NCBI GenBank assembly: GCA_001793235.1
Contig: MGHM01000016.1
Coordinates: 746-64,745, forward strand
DNA length: 64,000 nucleotides
Direction: 5' to 3'
Origin: Candidatus Woesebacteria bacterium RIFCSPLOWO2_01_FULL_44_24b
Lineage (GTDB): Bacteria; Patescibacteriota; Microgenomatia; UBA8517
Below, piece after piece: positions 28,268-36,860 of this stretch. Made by a program: the position numbers and the translations under genes. Each line of letters starts with the position of its first letter. Position 1 is the first letter of the stretch. The notes below the pieces were generated by a model, which saw nothing but the letters and a program-made list of their open reading frames with translations, did no database searches and was not told the origin of the DNA.

Positions 28268-28767
28268 CAAAAAAGCAACAATCAGGATTTACATTCATTG
28301 AGATAATTTTGTATTTTGCGCTCGTCACTATTGTAATGTCCGCCATAATTCCGTTTGCCTGGAATGTGATAGGCGGCTCGGTTAAAAGCAGCATCCAGCA
28401 GGAAGTTTTTGCAAATGCACGCTATGTTTCCGAAATTATAAAATACGAAGTCAGGAATTCAACAGGTATAAATAGCGTCAGTGCAACCTCAATATCCTTG
28501 GCTAAATCAGCAGCAGAGGACAATCCCACCGTGATTAGCCTTGCAAGCGGCAAGCTGACTATAACAAAAGGCGCACAGGCAAGCGTAAATTTGAACTCCA
28601 ACGATACAAGTATCTCAGCATTGACCTTCACTAATTACACCTCGGCGGATAATAAAACAAAGAATATCCAGTTTAATTTTACTATCGGCTCGAACCTTCC
28701 ACAGATGCGCCAGGAGTATCAGCAAAGTATGGCGATTCAGGGAAGCAGTGAGCTCAGAAGTAATTAA
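28264..28767 (+). CDS. prepilin-type minor pilin
   Basis: The ATG overlaps the upstream stop (ATGA). SGFTFIEIILYFALV class III signal. Confidence 0.65.
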   Translation: MTKKQQSGFTFIEIILYFALVTIVMSAIIPFAWNVIGGSVKSSIQQEVFANARYVSEIIKYEVRNSTGINSVSATSISLAKSAAEDNPTVISLASGKLTITKGAQASVNLNSNDTSISALTFTNYTSADNKTKNIQFNFTIGSNLPQMRQEYQQSMAIQGSSELRSN

Positions 28768-29142
28768 ATGAATAAAGGCGTTGTCGCAATTTCTACAGTT
28801 TTAGTTTTAGGGGTGGTGCTCTCGTTTGTTACGCTAACCCTGACATCTTTGTCTATTGGCGAGGCTCAGTCGGCTTTTGGTCTTTTCAGAGGCGAGGACA
28901 CTCTCCAGTTTGTGGAGGGTTGCGCCGAGGATTATATGCTTAAAATCCGGACTCAGGGGTCGGGTTTTACGGCAGGCAACATCACGCGGCCAGAGGGCAC
29001 TTGCTCCATTGTAGTTAATGCCGGTGACCCGAATTGGGACATTACGGTATCAACGACAGGCAGCGCTTACAGGCGCACGGTGAACGTAATTTTCACTCGA
29101 ACCTCAAGTGGCATCAGCTTGACCAGCTGGAAGGAAATTTAG
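28768..29142 (+). CDS. pilus-associated protein (PilX-like, N-terminal TM)
   Basis: MNKGVVAISTVLVLGVVLSFVTL helix with no E+5. Located inside the pilin cluster. Confidence 0.4.
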   Translation: MNKGVVAISTVLVLGVVLSFVTLTLTSLSIGEAQSAFGLFRGEDTLQFVEGCAEDYMLKIRTQGSGFTAGNITRPEGTCSIVVNAGDPNWDITVSTTGSAYRRTVNVIFTRTSSGISLTSWKEI

Positions 29143-29180
29143 CTCTTGACAGCAGAGGAAGCATTGGAATAAGTTTAATT

Positions 29181-29681
29181 ATGAGTAGAAAAAGAGGTTT
29201 TACATTAATTGAGCTTCTGGTTGTTATAACCATTGTGGCGGCGTTGGCTGTTGTGGTATTCGTGGCCCTTAACCCCGCCAAAAGGCTCATAGATGCCAGA
29301 GATGCCAGGCGCACAACCGATGTTGACTCAGTACTGACTGCGATTCATCAGTCAATTGTGGACAATAAAGGCAGCTACCCTTCCAATATGCCGGCAGCGG
29401 GCACTGAGGCACAGCTCGGGACAGGTGCCAGCGGGTGCGCAATTGCAACGGGCGGTTGTGCTGTGACGGCAGCGGCCTGTGTAGACCTGATGACTGGGAC
29501 AAATAATTTAGCAAAGTATCTTAAAAGTCTTCCAATTGATCCCTTGGGGGGTACAGCTTATACAGCTGCCAAAACAGGCTACTCGGTAGTGGTGGACACT
29601 AATGGCATAGTTACAGTCAGGTCTTGCGGAACAGGCACCGGTACCACCGAGGGTACTGTAGATATTTCTTCATCGAGATAG
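29181..29681 (+). CDS. type IV major pilin (PilA-like)
   Basis: MSRKRGFTLIELLVVITIVAALA canonical prepilin leader and N-methylated helix, followed by a Cys-containing C-terminal region. Confidence 0.75.
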   Translation: MSRKRGFTLIELLVVITIVAALAVVVFVALNPAKRLIDARDARRTTDVDSVLTAIHQSIVDNKGSYPSNMPAAGTEAQLGTGASGCAIATGGCAVTAAACVDLMTGTNNLAKYLKSLPIDPLGGTAYTAAKTGYSVVVDTNGIVTVRSCGTGTGTTEGTVDISSSR

Positions 29682-29718
29682 TATTAAAAGCCAGCGCAGT
29701 AGTATAAAATGAAGTAGT

Positions 29719-30699
29719 ATGCGTTTAGGCAGACCCACGCTTAATATTCTTCTTTCGACCCAATCTTTAGAGGTAAAGACGGGCGAGAAAAGCCCCAAGG
29801 CGGTGCTAGCGCTACCACCAGAGGCAGTTCATAATCAGGAAGTCACGAACCCCAAATTACTCGAGAAAATTGTTGCAGAATTTATAGTAAAAAACCGGCT
29901 TAAAGGCAAGAAGGGCGACCTTATTCTGTCTGACGACGTGGTTTACCAGAAAATTGTTCCCATCGCAGACGCAAAAAGCGAAGAATATGAAACTCAAAAG
30001 TTTTTGGATGAAGTTCCGTTTGATAACCCCAACATTACACTTAAAAAAGTCAAGGAAGACACGAATGTGCATATGTATGCCACCAATAAACTACTTTTCT
30101 TTGCATTCAAAAATATCTTTGAGAAGTACGGCATCGAAATAGAAAAAGTTAGTGTATCAACCAAAAGCCCGTTGAATTTTTTGGAAGAAGATAAGGAAAC
30201 GGAGGTTGGTGAGTCTCCTGCAAAGAGTACGAAAGTAATTCTTGCTATATTTGTTTTTATACTTGTCTTGGTAACCGGAGGGCTATTTTTGTATGTCAGG
30301 TTTAAGCCCGGGGAGACCGAACCTTCACCAGAGCCCACCACAACACCGGAGGTGACAGCCGAACCGGAACCGTCTCCCGAAGCAGAGACAGAAGCGGTGG
30401 AAGAGTTGGATTTGAAAAGTTTTTCGGTTCAAATTCTTAACGGCACGGGAGTAGCCGGTACAGCCCAGACGGTTTCGGATTTATTGGTAGCGTTCGGTTT
30501 TGAGACTGTTGAAACCGGCAATGCCGCTAATTATGACTATAAAGATGTTACGGTAATGCTCAAGGACGGTGCCTCCCAGGCTTTAGTTGAAAGCATTCAG
30601 GAAGCGCTGGGCGAAGGCTATAAAGTAACTGGCTCAGAAGAGCTGGTTGACGCGGACGGTGAATTTGATGTCGTTGTTATAGTTGGCAAAAGCGAGTAA
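29719..30699 (+). CDS. membrane protein with C-terminal LytR_C (LytR/CpsA/Psr C-terminal) domain; possible pilus assembly accessory
   Basis: Central TM, PE/PT-rich linker, then VQILNGTGVAGTAQTVSDLLVAFGFETVETGNAANYDYKDVTVM matching the LytR_C consensus. Confidence 0.5.
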   Translation: MRLGRPTLNILLSTQSLEVKTGEKSPKAVLALPPEAVHNQEVTNPKLLEKIVAEFIVKNRLKGKKGDLILSDDVVYQKIVPIADAKSEEYETQKFLDEVPFDNPNITLKKVKEDTNVHMYATNKLLFFAFKNIFEKYGIEIEKVSVSTKSPLNFLEEDKETEVGESPAKSTKVILAIFVFILVLVTGGLFLYVRFKPGETEPSPEPTTTPEVTAEPEPSPEAETEAVEELDLKSFSVQILNGTGVAGTAQTVSDLLVAFGFETVETGNAANYDYKDVTVMLKDGASQALVESIQEALGEGYKVTGSEELVDADGEFDVVVIVGKSE

Positions 30700-30726
30700 T
30701 CTCCTTAATTTTGGTATAATCACCTC

Positions 30727-31698
30727 ATGTCACTTTCAGTAGGAATTGTTGGGCTCCCCAATGTGGGTAAGTCTACGCTTTTTAATGCACTTTTGAAAAA
30801 GCAACTGGCTTATGTTGCCAATTTTCCCTTTGCCACAATTGAGCCGAATGTTGGCGTGGTTCCGGTTCCGGACTCGCGGCTTCTGGAATTGTCTAAAATT
30901 TATAACTCACCAATTGTTCCGGCCACCGTGGAATTTGTTGATATTGCGGGGCTTATTGCCGGAGCTTCCAAAGGCGAAGGTTTGGGGAACAAGTTTCTTC
31001 ACCACATTCGCGAAGTGGATGCAATTTGTCATGTTGTTCGCGCCTTCGGCGATCCCGATATAGTTCGTGAAGGTTCAACTAATCCCAAGGATGACTTTGA
31101 AATTATAAAGACGGAGTTGGAGTTGGCAGATTTGGAAACGGTGGAGAAGCACCAGAAGAAGAAAAACGCTGACGTGGAAGCTCTACAGCTATTGTCAAAA
31201 AAACCGATTTTAGTTGTTTTAAACGTTGATGAAAAAGATTTGAAAGAAGCCTCAGAGTTGGAAGAGAAATATGCAAAAGAGTTTGGTGTAGAGGTCGAGC
31301 AGGCTATTGTGATTTGTGCCAAGACTGAGTCGGAGTTGGCGGGACTCTCAGAAGAAGACCAAGTAGTTTATTTACAAGAACTTGGTCAAAATAAATCCGG
31401 GCTTGAGAGGTTAATTCAAAAAGCTTTCGTGACTCTTGGACTTATGACTTTTCTCACAGCCGGCGAGAAGGAAGTACGTGCCTGGACTATTAAAAACGGC
31501 ACTCGCGCGCAAGATGCGGCGGGCGTGATTCATACTGACTTTGTTAAAAACTTTATTAAAGCTGACGTTGTTGATTTTGATGATTTTATTGAATTAAAAG
31601 GCTGGAAAGTTTGCCGTGAGAATGGTAAGGTGCGAAGCGAGGGGAGAGATTATATGGTCAGAGATGGAGATGTTATTGAGTTTAAAATAGGCCAATGA
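30727..31698 (+). CDS. ychF: ribosome-binding ATPase YchF
   Basis: GIVGLPNVGKSTLFNAL ... NFPFATIEPNVGVVPVPD and a C-terminal TGS domain. Confidence 0.85.
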   Translation: MSLSVGIVGLPNVGKSTLFNALLKKQLAYVANFPFATIEPNVGVVPVPDSRLLELSKIYNSPIVPATVEFVDIAGLIAGASKGEGLGNKFLHHIREVDAICHVVRAFGDPDIVREGSTNPKDDFEIIKTELELADLETVEKHQKKKNADVEALQLLSKKPILVVLNVDEKDLKEASELEEKYAKEFGVEVEQAIVICAKTESELAGLSEEDQVVYLQELGQNKSGLERLIQKAFVTLGLMTFLTAGEKEVRAWTIKNGTRAQDAAGVIHTDFVKNFIKADVVDFDDFIELKGWKVCRENGKVRSEGRDYMVRDGDVIEFKIGQ

Positions 31699-31719
31699 TG
31701 TGTTATACTAGCCCTTGTT

Positions 31720-32040
31720 ATGCAAAACTATGAACTGACAATTGTCCTTCCGGGAAAGGTAACTCCTGCGAAGAAAAAAGATGCCATTGCCCGTGTGGAA
31801 AAGATTGTCAAAGCTGTGGACGGAAAAATAACTTCAAGTGACGACTGGGGAGTGAAGGAGCTTGCCTATACAATTAAGAAAAACACCGCAGGTGCTTATG
31901 TTTATTTTGACTTGGAGCTCCCGACGAGCGCGGTTGCGGGGGTAAGCGAAAAAGTAAAACTTGAGGATGATATAATTAGGTACTTGCTGGTGAGGCACGA
32001 AAGTCCACGTGCGCGGGCAGACAAGAAAGTGAAAAAATAA
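31720..32040 (+). CDS. rpsF: 30S ribosomal protein S6
   Basis: MQNYELTIVLPG ... WGVKELAYTIKK. Canonical rpsF-ssb-rpsR gene order. Confidence 0.9.
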   Translation: MQNYELTIVLPGKVTPAKKKDAIARVEKIVKAVDGKITSSDDWGVKELAYTIKKNTAGAYVYFDLELPTSAVAGVSEKVKLEDDIIRYLLVRHESPRARADKKVKK

Positions 32041-32511
32041 ATGGCTAGAAGTTTAAATAAGGTTACCTTAATTGGAAATTTAACACGCGACCCCGAGCTT
32101 CGCTATACACCTTCCGGAACAGCGGTTACAACTTTTACAATTGCCACAAACAGACAGTGGAAGACCGAGTCCGGGGACTCAAAAGAAGATGCTGAGTTTC
32201 ATAGGGTTGTAGCCTGGGACAAACTAGCCGAAATCTGCGCTCAGTTTTTAAAAAAAGGCAAGCAAGCTTATGTGGAAGGTAGACTTCAGACCAGAAAATG
32301 GCAGACAAAAGAAGGCGAGGACAAATATACAACAGAGGTGGTCATTTCTGAAATGATCCTTTTGGGAAGATTTGATGATGTGCCCACCCAAAGTGTGCAG
32401 GACATTCCGGATGACTTTGATGAAGAACCCAAGGCTAAAAAGGAGCCAAAAAAGCCCGCGAAGAAAGAGACTAAGGAAAAGAATGAAGAGTCGGACGACA
32501 TACCGTTTTGA
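32041..32511 (+). CDS. ssb: single-stranded DNA-binding protein
   Basis: OB-fold core (VTLIGNLTRDPELRYTPSG ... ) and acidic C-terminal tail ending DDIPF. Confidence 0.9.
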   Translation: MARSLNKVTLIGNLTRDPELRYTPSGTAVTTFTIATNRQWKTESGDSKEDAEFHRVVAWDKLAEICAQFLKKGKQAYVEGRLQTRKWQTKEGEDKYTTEVVISEMILLGRFDDVPTQSVQDIPDDFDEEPKAKKEPKKPAKKETKEKNEESDDIPF

Positions 32512-32516
32512 TTAAT

Positions 32517-32753
32517 ATGGCCAAACCAAAACTACGAAAACCACGAGTGATACGGGAGAAAATTACCCCCGAAAAAATTAATTTTGTAATTTCGTATAAA
32601 AATTACGAGAAGCTGGCGCGGCTTATGAACGACCGGGCAAAAATCCTGGGAAGAAAGCGAACGGGAATACCCGCCAAAGCGCAGCGAAAAATTAGCCGCG
32701 AGATTAAGCGCGCCAGGCACTTGGGTCTTCTCCCGTTTAGTTCCAGGGTATAG
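32517..32753 (+). CDS. rpsR: 30S ribosomal protein S18
   Basis: YKNYEKLARLMNDRAKILGRKRTGIPAKAQRKISREIKRARHLGLLPF. Confidence 0.85.
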   Translation: MAKPKLRKPRVIREKITPEKINFVISYKNYEKLARLMNDRAKILGRKRTGIPAKAQRKISREIKRARHLGLLPFSSRV

Positions 32754-32762
32754 AATTGTCCG

Positions 32763-34067
32763 ATGGAGTCACAACAAGAGCCTCTGCCAACACCAACCCC
32801 CAAGGTAGGACTGAATAAGGTAGGACTTAACAAGGCAAGAGTAATAGTTTTAGGGCTTTTGGTGGCAGTTTTTGCCTTTGCAGTGGGCTATGCAGCTGGT
32901 GTTGACGGTTATAAAGCTACAGCTCAGGGCTTTAAGGTAAACATTTCCCGCGAGATTCCGCCCGAACAGAAGGACTTGGACTTCAATCTTTTCTGGCAAG
33001 TGTGGGATACTTTGGAAGAGTCCTATTTTGATCACTCCAAAATCAAAGACGCCAATTTGGTTTTAGGTGCCATTAAGGGGATGGTTGCCGCAGTTGGTGA
33101 CCCCTATACCGCATTTTTAACACCGGACGAGCAGCGCGTGACGCAGGAAGATTTGTCCGGCAATTTTGAAGGGATAGGAATTCAGATTGGCTTTATCGGC
33201 ACACAGTTGGCTGTTGTTGCACCTTTGCCAAATTCACCCGCCGAAGAGGCGGGAATTGTGGCTGGGGATATTATTGTGGGTATCAAAGACGAAGCAAAAG
33301 GAGTTGAGCGGGGGACAGTGGGGATTACACTTCCCGAGGCGGTCCAACTGATTCGCGGGGAAGCAGGCTCAAAGATAACGCTTTCCCTGCTTCGCGAAGG
33401 GGCCGAGGCGCCGGTGGTTGCCGATGTTGTAAGGAAAGAAATTGCAGTTCCCAGTGTGGCTCTTGAGTTTGTAGGCGAGGGCGAGCGCATTGCACACCTT
33501 CGGGTTCTTAAATTCGGGGGCGAGACCTTGGCTGAGTGGAATGAAGCGGTTTTGGAAATTCAAAAGAAGGCGGATTTGACGGGGATTATTGTGGACGTCC
33601 GCAATAACCCCGGCGGCTATTTGCTGGGCGCGGTTGACTTGGGCTCCGAGTTTCTTGAAAACGGGGACACGGTTGTGGTTGAGGAGTATGCCAATGGCGG
33701 TAAGAATGAGTTTTTTGTTGAGAGAGCCGGCAAGCTTACCCGTGACAAAGTAGTGGTTCTGATTAACGGTGGCTCGGCCTCGGCCTCTGAAATATTGGCA
33801 GGAGCCTTGAGGGATATTAAAGAAACGCCTTTGGTCGGTGAGACTTCTTTCGGGAAGGGAACAGTTCAGGATGCCAAAGAGCTTGAGGGTGGTACCGGTC
33901 TTCATATTACTGTTGCCAAGTGGTTAACGCCTTCTGGAGTCTGGGTTAATGAAGGTGCCCTGAAACCGGATTATGAAGTTGAAGACAATCCTGAAACACC
34001 AGAAGACGAGCAACTTACAAAAGCGATTGAAGTCATCAACAATTTCAGCTCGCTCTCAGGAAGATAG
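32763..34067 (+). CDS. ctp: C-terminal processing peptidase (S41, Ctp/Prc family) with PDZ domain
   Basis: N-terminal TM, PDZ (GIGIQIG ... ), catalytic NGGSASASEILAGAL Ser region, and the conserved lysine region. Confidence 0.85.
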   Translation: MESQQEPLPTPTPKVGLNKVGLNKARVIVLGLLVAVFAFAVGYAAGVDGYKATAQGFKVNISREIPPEQKDLDFNLFWQVWDTLEESYFDHSKIKDANLVLGAIKGMVAAVGDPYTAFLTPDEQRVTQEDLSGNFEGIGIQIGFIGTQLAVVAPLPNSPAEEAGIVAGDIIVGIKDEAKGVERGTVGITLPEAVQLIRGEAGSKITLSLLREGAEAPVVADVVRKEIAVPSVALEFVGEGERIAHLRVLKFGGETLAEWNEAVLEIQKKADLTGIIVDVRNNPGGYLLGAVDLGSEFLENGDTVVVEEYANGGKNEFFVERAGKLTRDKVVVLINGGSASASEILAGALRDIKETPLVGETSFGKGTVQDAKELEGGTGLHITVAKWLTPSGVWVNEGALKPDYEVEDNPETPEDEQLTKAIEVINNFSSLSGR

Positions 34068-34092
34068 TGAAAAATAAGTTCTGTCATTCCCT

Positions 34093-35241
34093 ATGAAAGA
34101 TACTGGTTTTATAAAAGGTCTTCTTATCGGTTTTGCCGCACTTGTAGTTATTTTAGTTTCAATGCTTGGCGGAGCTGTAGCCGACAGACTTTTTGTTATA
34201 AAACCACTTGATTCCTTGGTGGATAGGGTAACGCAAACGGGTATCGGCGGCAGCAGACAAATTTTGCGCGAGGAGTCAGCAGTTATTGATGTTGCCGAGC
34301 GAGTTTCTCCATCAGTGGTCACCGTAAGTATTCAAACTCCTCAAAGAAGAGTTCTGCAGTTTGATCCGTTTAACGGCTTTCAGTCGCAAATTCAAGGCGG
34401 AGTGCCTCAGGACATAGGCAGCGGATTTATAGTTAGCGACACGGGACTCATTATTACAAATAAGCATGTGGTTAGCGAAGACACCGAATATAAAATCATA
34501 ACCCAGGATGGCAAGGAGTATGAAGTCAAAGCAATTCACAGGGACCCCGCCAACGACTTGGCAATTTTGGAAACCGCGGCGACGGGTTATAAACCTTTGG
34601 TTTTGGGCAACTCCGAGGAGCTTAAGGTTGGCCAGTTTGTCATTGCCATCGGGACTGCTCTGGGTGAGTTCAGGCATACGGTCACAACCGGTGTGGTCTC
34701 CGGACTCGGGCGCGGTATTACCGCGGGTAGTGCTTACGAGGGCTTCGTTGAGCGGCTTGATAATGTGATTCAGACTGACGCAGCCATAAACCCAGGGAAC
34801 TCGGGTGGGCCACTTCTTAACGCTTCCGGCGAAGTAATAGGAGTAAATGTGGCAGTGGCCTCTGGGGCAGAAAACATTGGTTTTGCGCTTCCCGTCAACC
34901 TTGTGACAGATGGCATTGCCGAGTATCAAAAAAGCGGGACTTTTGCCAGCAAAGCCTTCCTGGGAGTGGAGCATAGTATGATAACCCGCGAGGCTGCGCT
35001 TTTGAATGAAGTTCCTCAGGGAGCTTATGTTTCGGCTGTGGTGCCGGACTCGGCCGCTGAGGTTGCCGGAGTTCAGGAGGGAGACATTATTACTAAAATC
35101 AATGGTGCGTCAGTCACGGACAGCGAGGAAGGGCTCTCGGGCTTAATCAGTGAGCACAAAGTGGGTGATAAAGTGACTCTTGAACTCTGGCGCGACGGCG
35201 AGACTCTTACCCTCGAAGCCACCCTTTCCTCAGGAACGTAG
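34093..35241 (+). CDS. htrA: HtrA/DegP-family serine endoprotease with PDZ domain
   Basis: GSGFIVSDTGLIITNKHVV (His), DLAIL (Asp), GNSGGPLLN (Ser) and a C-terminal PDZ. Confidence 0.85.
   Translation: MKDTGFIKGLLIGFAALVVILVSMLGGAVADRLFVIKPLDSLVDRVTQTGIGGSRQILREESAVIDVAERVSPSVVTVSIQTPQRRVLQFDPFNGFQSQIQGGVPQDIGSGFIVSDTGLIITNKHVVSEDTEYKIITQDGKEYEVKAIHRDPANDLAILETAATGYKPLVLGNSEELKVGQFVIAIGTALGEFRHTVTTGVVSGLGRGITAGSAYEGFVERLDNVIQTDAAINPGNSGGPLLNASGEVIGVNVAVASGAENIGFALPVNLVTDGIAEYQKSGTFASKAFLGVEHSMITREAALLNEVPQGAYVSAVVPDSAAEVAGVQEGDIITKINGASVTDSEEGLSGLISEHKVGDKVTLELWRDGETLTLEATLSSGT
35212..35241 (+). repeat. direct repeat copy 1 (3' end of htrA)
   Basis: ctcGaagccaccctttcctcaggaacGtag. 28 of 30 nt are identical to copy 2 at 35633..35662. 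Confidence 0.8.
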
Positions 35242-35265
35242 CTTTTTATTTGATATAATGAATAT

Positions 35266-35622
35266 ATGGGCGCGACAACAGTTAGCCTAACTGTTAAAAA
35301 TCCAGCGGGTGGCGAGAATGCCTATACTGGGAAATTTTTAGTGGATTCGGGAGCGACTTTTACTGTAGTTCCAGCAACTGAGCTTAAAAAGCTTGGAATA
35401 AAGCCAAAGCGCACAATCATGATTAATCTCGCGGATGGTAGGGTTTTAGAGCGTGAAGTTGGAGATGCGATTTATAAGTACGATGGAATTGAAGCGGCTT
35501 CTCCGGTAATGTTTGGCAAAAAGGGAGATAGTGAGCTACTAGGGATTGTTACTTTGGAATCCTTGGGCCTTTCTCTCGACCCTCTTAGGAGAAAGCTTTA
35601 TCAAGCAACGTTGAGAGGTTGA
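35266..35622 (+). CDS. retropepsin-like (clan AA) aspartic protease
   Basis: FLVDSGATFTVV active-site DSG motif and 118-aa size typical of bacterial single-domain retropepsin-like proteins. Extended -10 TGATATAAT 20 nt upstream. Confidence 0.7.
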   Translation: MGATTVSLTVKNPAGGENAYTGKFLVDSGATFTVVPATELKKLGIKPKRTIMINLADGRVLEREVGDAIYKYDGIEAASPVMFGKKGDSELLGIVTLESLGLSLDPLRRKLYQATLRG

Positions 35623-35632
35623 TTTTTTGTCT

Positions 35633-35662
35633 CTCAAAGCCACCCTTTCCTCAGGAACATAG
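35633..35662 (+). repeat. direct repeat copy 2
   Basis: ctcAaagccaccctttcctcaggaacAtag. Duplicates the htrA 3' end including its stop codon context. Confidence 0.8.
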
Positions 35663-35700
35663 TATTGTAAATCTTCACTGAATAGGATATAAAACAAATT

Positions 35701-36165
35701 ATGAATATTGGGCCAGGAGGAGAGAGGGATTTTGAGTTTGACGCCCCGGCTGAGTTTGAGACTCTCTTTAATGAAACTTTTGGCCCAAAATCAAAATACG
35801 CGCTCGAAGCATTATTGGAATGGTCGAAAAGAGAAAGTGGAAAGTTTGAAGGCCAAGCAGTTTTGGAAATACCCAACCAAAATCTGGATGGAATATCCGT
35901 CTTTTTTGTTATTTCTCCCGGAGAGGAAAGGTTTCAAGTAATTTCTGGAAGATTAACTGAAGACGGTGAGCTATACAGTGATTCTGCAGCGTTTCTCAAA
36001 TCTGACGACTTTAATAATTTTGCTGTCGGAAGAGAGGATGGCGTTGAACACGTAACATTTTATTCAATGGATAGGTCTAAAGCTTTGCGGATTAGGGAAA
36101 CGGGTAGCTTCCAATTTTATGACAGCCTTCCTTCAAAAATAGGTGGAAGGGGAAGAAGGGGTTAA
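35701..36165 (+). CDS. hypothetical protein
   Basis: 154-aa acidic ORF with no recognised motifs. Confidence 0.35.
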   Translation: MNIGPGGERDFEFDAPAEFETLFNETFGPKSKYALEALLEWSKRESGKFEGQAVLEIPNQNLDGISVFFVISPGEERFQVISGRLTEDGELYSDSAAFLKSDDFNNFAVGREDGVEHVTFYSMDRSKALRIRETGSFQFYDSLPSKIGGRGRRG

Positions 36166-36854
36166 TTCAGACTCTGTGTCATCTCAACCACTTTATCCAA
36201 ATTTCCATCAACAATTGCTTCTAAATTTCCAAAACTCTTTCCCAGTCTGTGGTCGGTGACCCTGTCCTGTGGGAAGTTATAAGTTCTTATTTTTTCAGCC
36301 CGCATGCCGCTTCCTATGGCGCTTCGGTAACCTGCAATTTCTTTCATTTTTTTCTGTTCTTCAAGCTCCCAGAGTTTAGCGCGCAGTAAGGCCATGGCAT
36401 TCACACGGTTTTGCTCTTGGAATCTCTCGGTCTGCGCAGTTACCACAATTCCCGTTGGTCTGTGAGTCAGCCTCACGGCTGTGCTGACTTTATTTACATT
36501 TTGGCCACCGTGCCCGCCGGAGCGGTAAAATTGAATGTCAAGATCGCTCGGGTTTACCTTGACTTCACTTTCTGAAATTTCAGGGAGGACCGCGACTGTT
36601 GCAGTTGACGTGTGAACTCGGCCGCGCTTTTCGGTTTCGGGCACGCGCTGGACACGATGCACTCCGGACTCGTATTTTAGTAAATCAAATACACCCGGCC
36701 CCTTTAATTTAAGAGTTTGCTCATCTTGCTGTGCTTTCCATCCTCGTTTAATGGCAAAGCGATAGTACATCCGCAGGAGATCAGAGGCCCAAAGCTTGGC
36801 CTCGTTGCCTCCTGCGGCACCACGGACTTCAATATAGCATGTTTGATTCTCCAT
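36162..36854 (-). CDS. prfA: peptide chain release factor 1 lacking N-terminal domain 1
   Basis: Begins at the RF domain 2 motif (EVRGAAGGNEAKLWASDLLRMY). RF1-type recognition motif region is VQRVPETEKRGRVHTSTATVAVLPE. SGGHGGQNVNKVSTAVRLTHRPTGIVV GGQ loop. C-terminal EKIRTYNFPQDRVTDHR. Only 230 aa. An in-frame TAG lies two codons upstream of the ATG, which is the rpmE stop. Confidence 0.8.
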   Translation of the reverse strand: MENQTCYIEVRGAAGGNEAKLWASDLLRMYYRFAIKRGWKAQQDEQTLKLKGPGVFDLLKYESGVHRVQRVPETEKRGRVHTSTATVAVLPEISESEVKVNPSDLDIQFYRSGGHGGQNVNKVSTAVRLTHRPTGIVVTAQTERFQEQNRVNAMALLRAKLWELEEQKKMKEIAGYRSAIGSGMRAEKIRTYNFPQDRVTDHRLGKSFGNLEAIVDGNLDKVVEMTQSLN

Positions 36855-36860
36855 GAAGAT

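Noticed and set aside
32775-32830. 15-bp direct repeat (gtaggactgaataag / gtaggacttaacaag)
   Set aside because: It lies within the ctp N-terminus and encodes a duplicated KVGLNK peptide. It is an in-frame coding duplication, not a regulatory or mobile repeat.
36855-36860. Possibility that truncated RF1 is a start-codon mis-call
   Set aside because: An in-frame TAG (the rpmE stop) lies two codons upstream of the ATG and rpmE occupies the upstream space, so no N-terminal extension is possible in this assembly.
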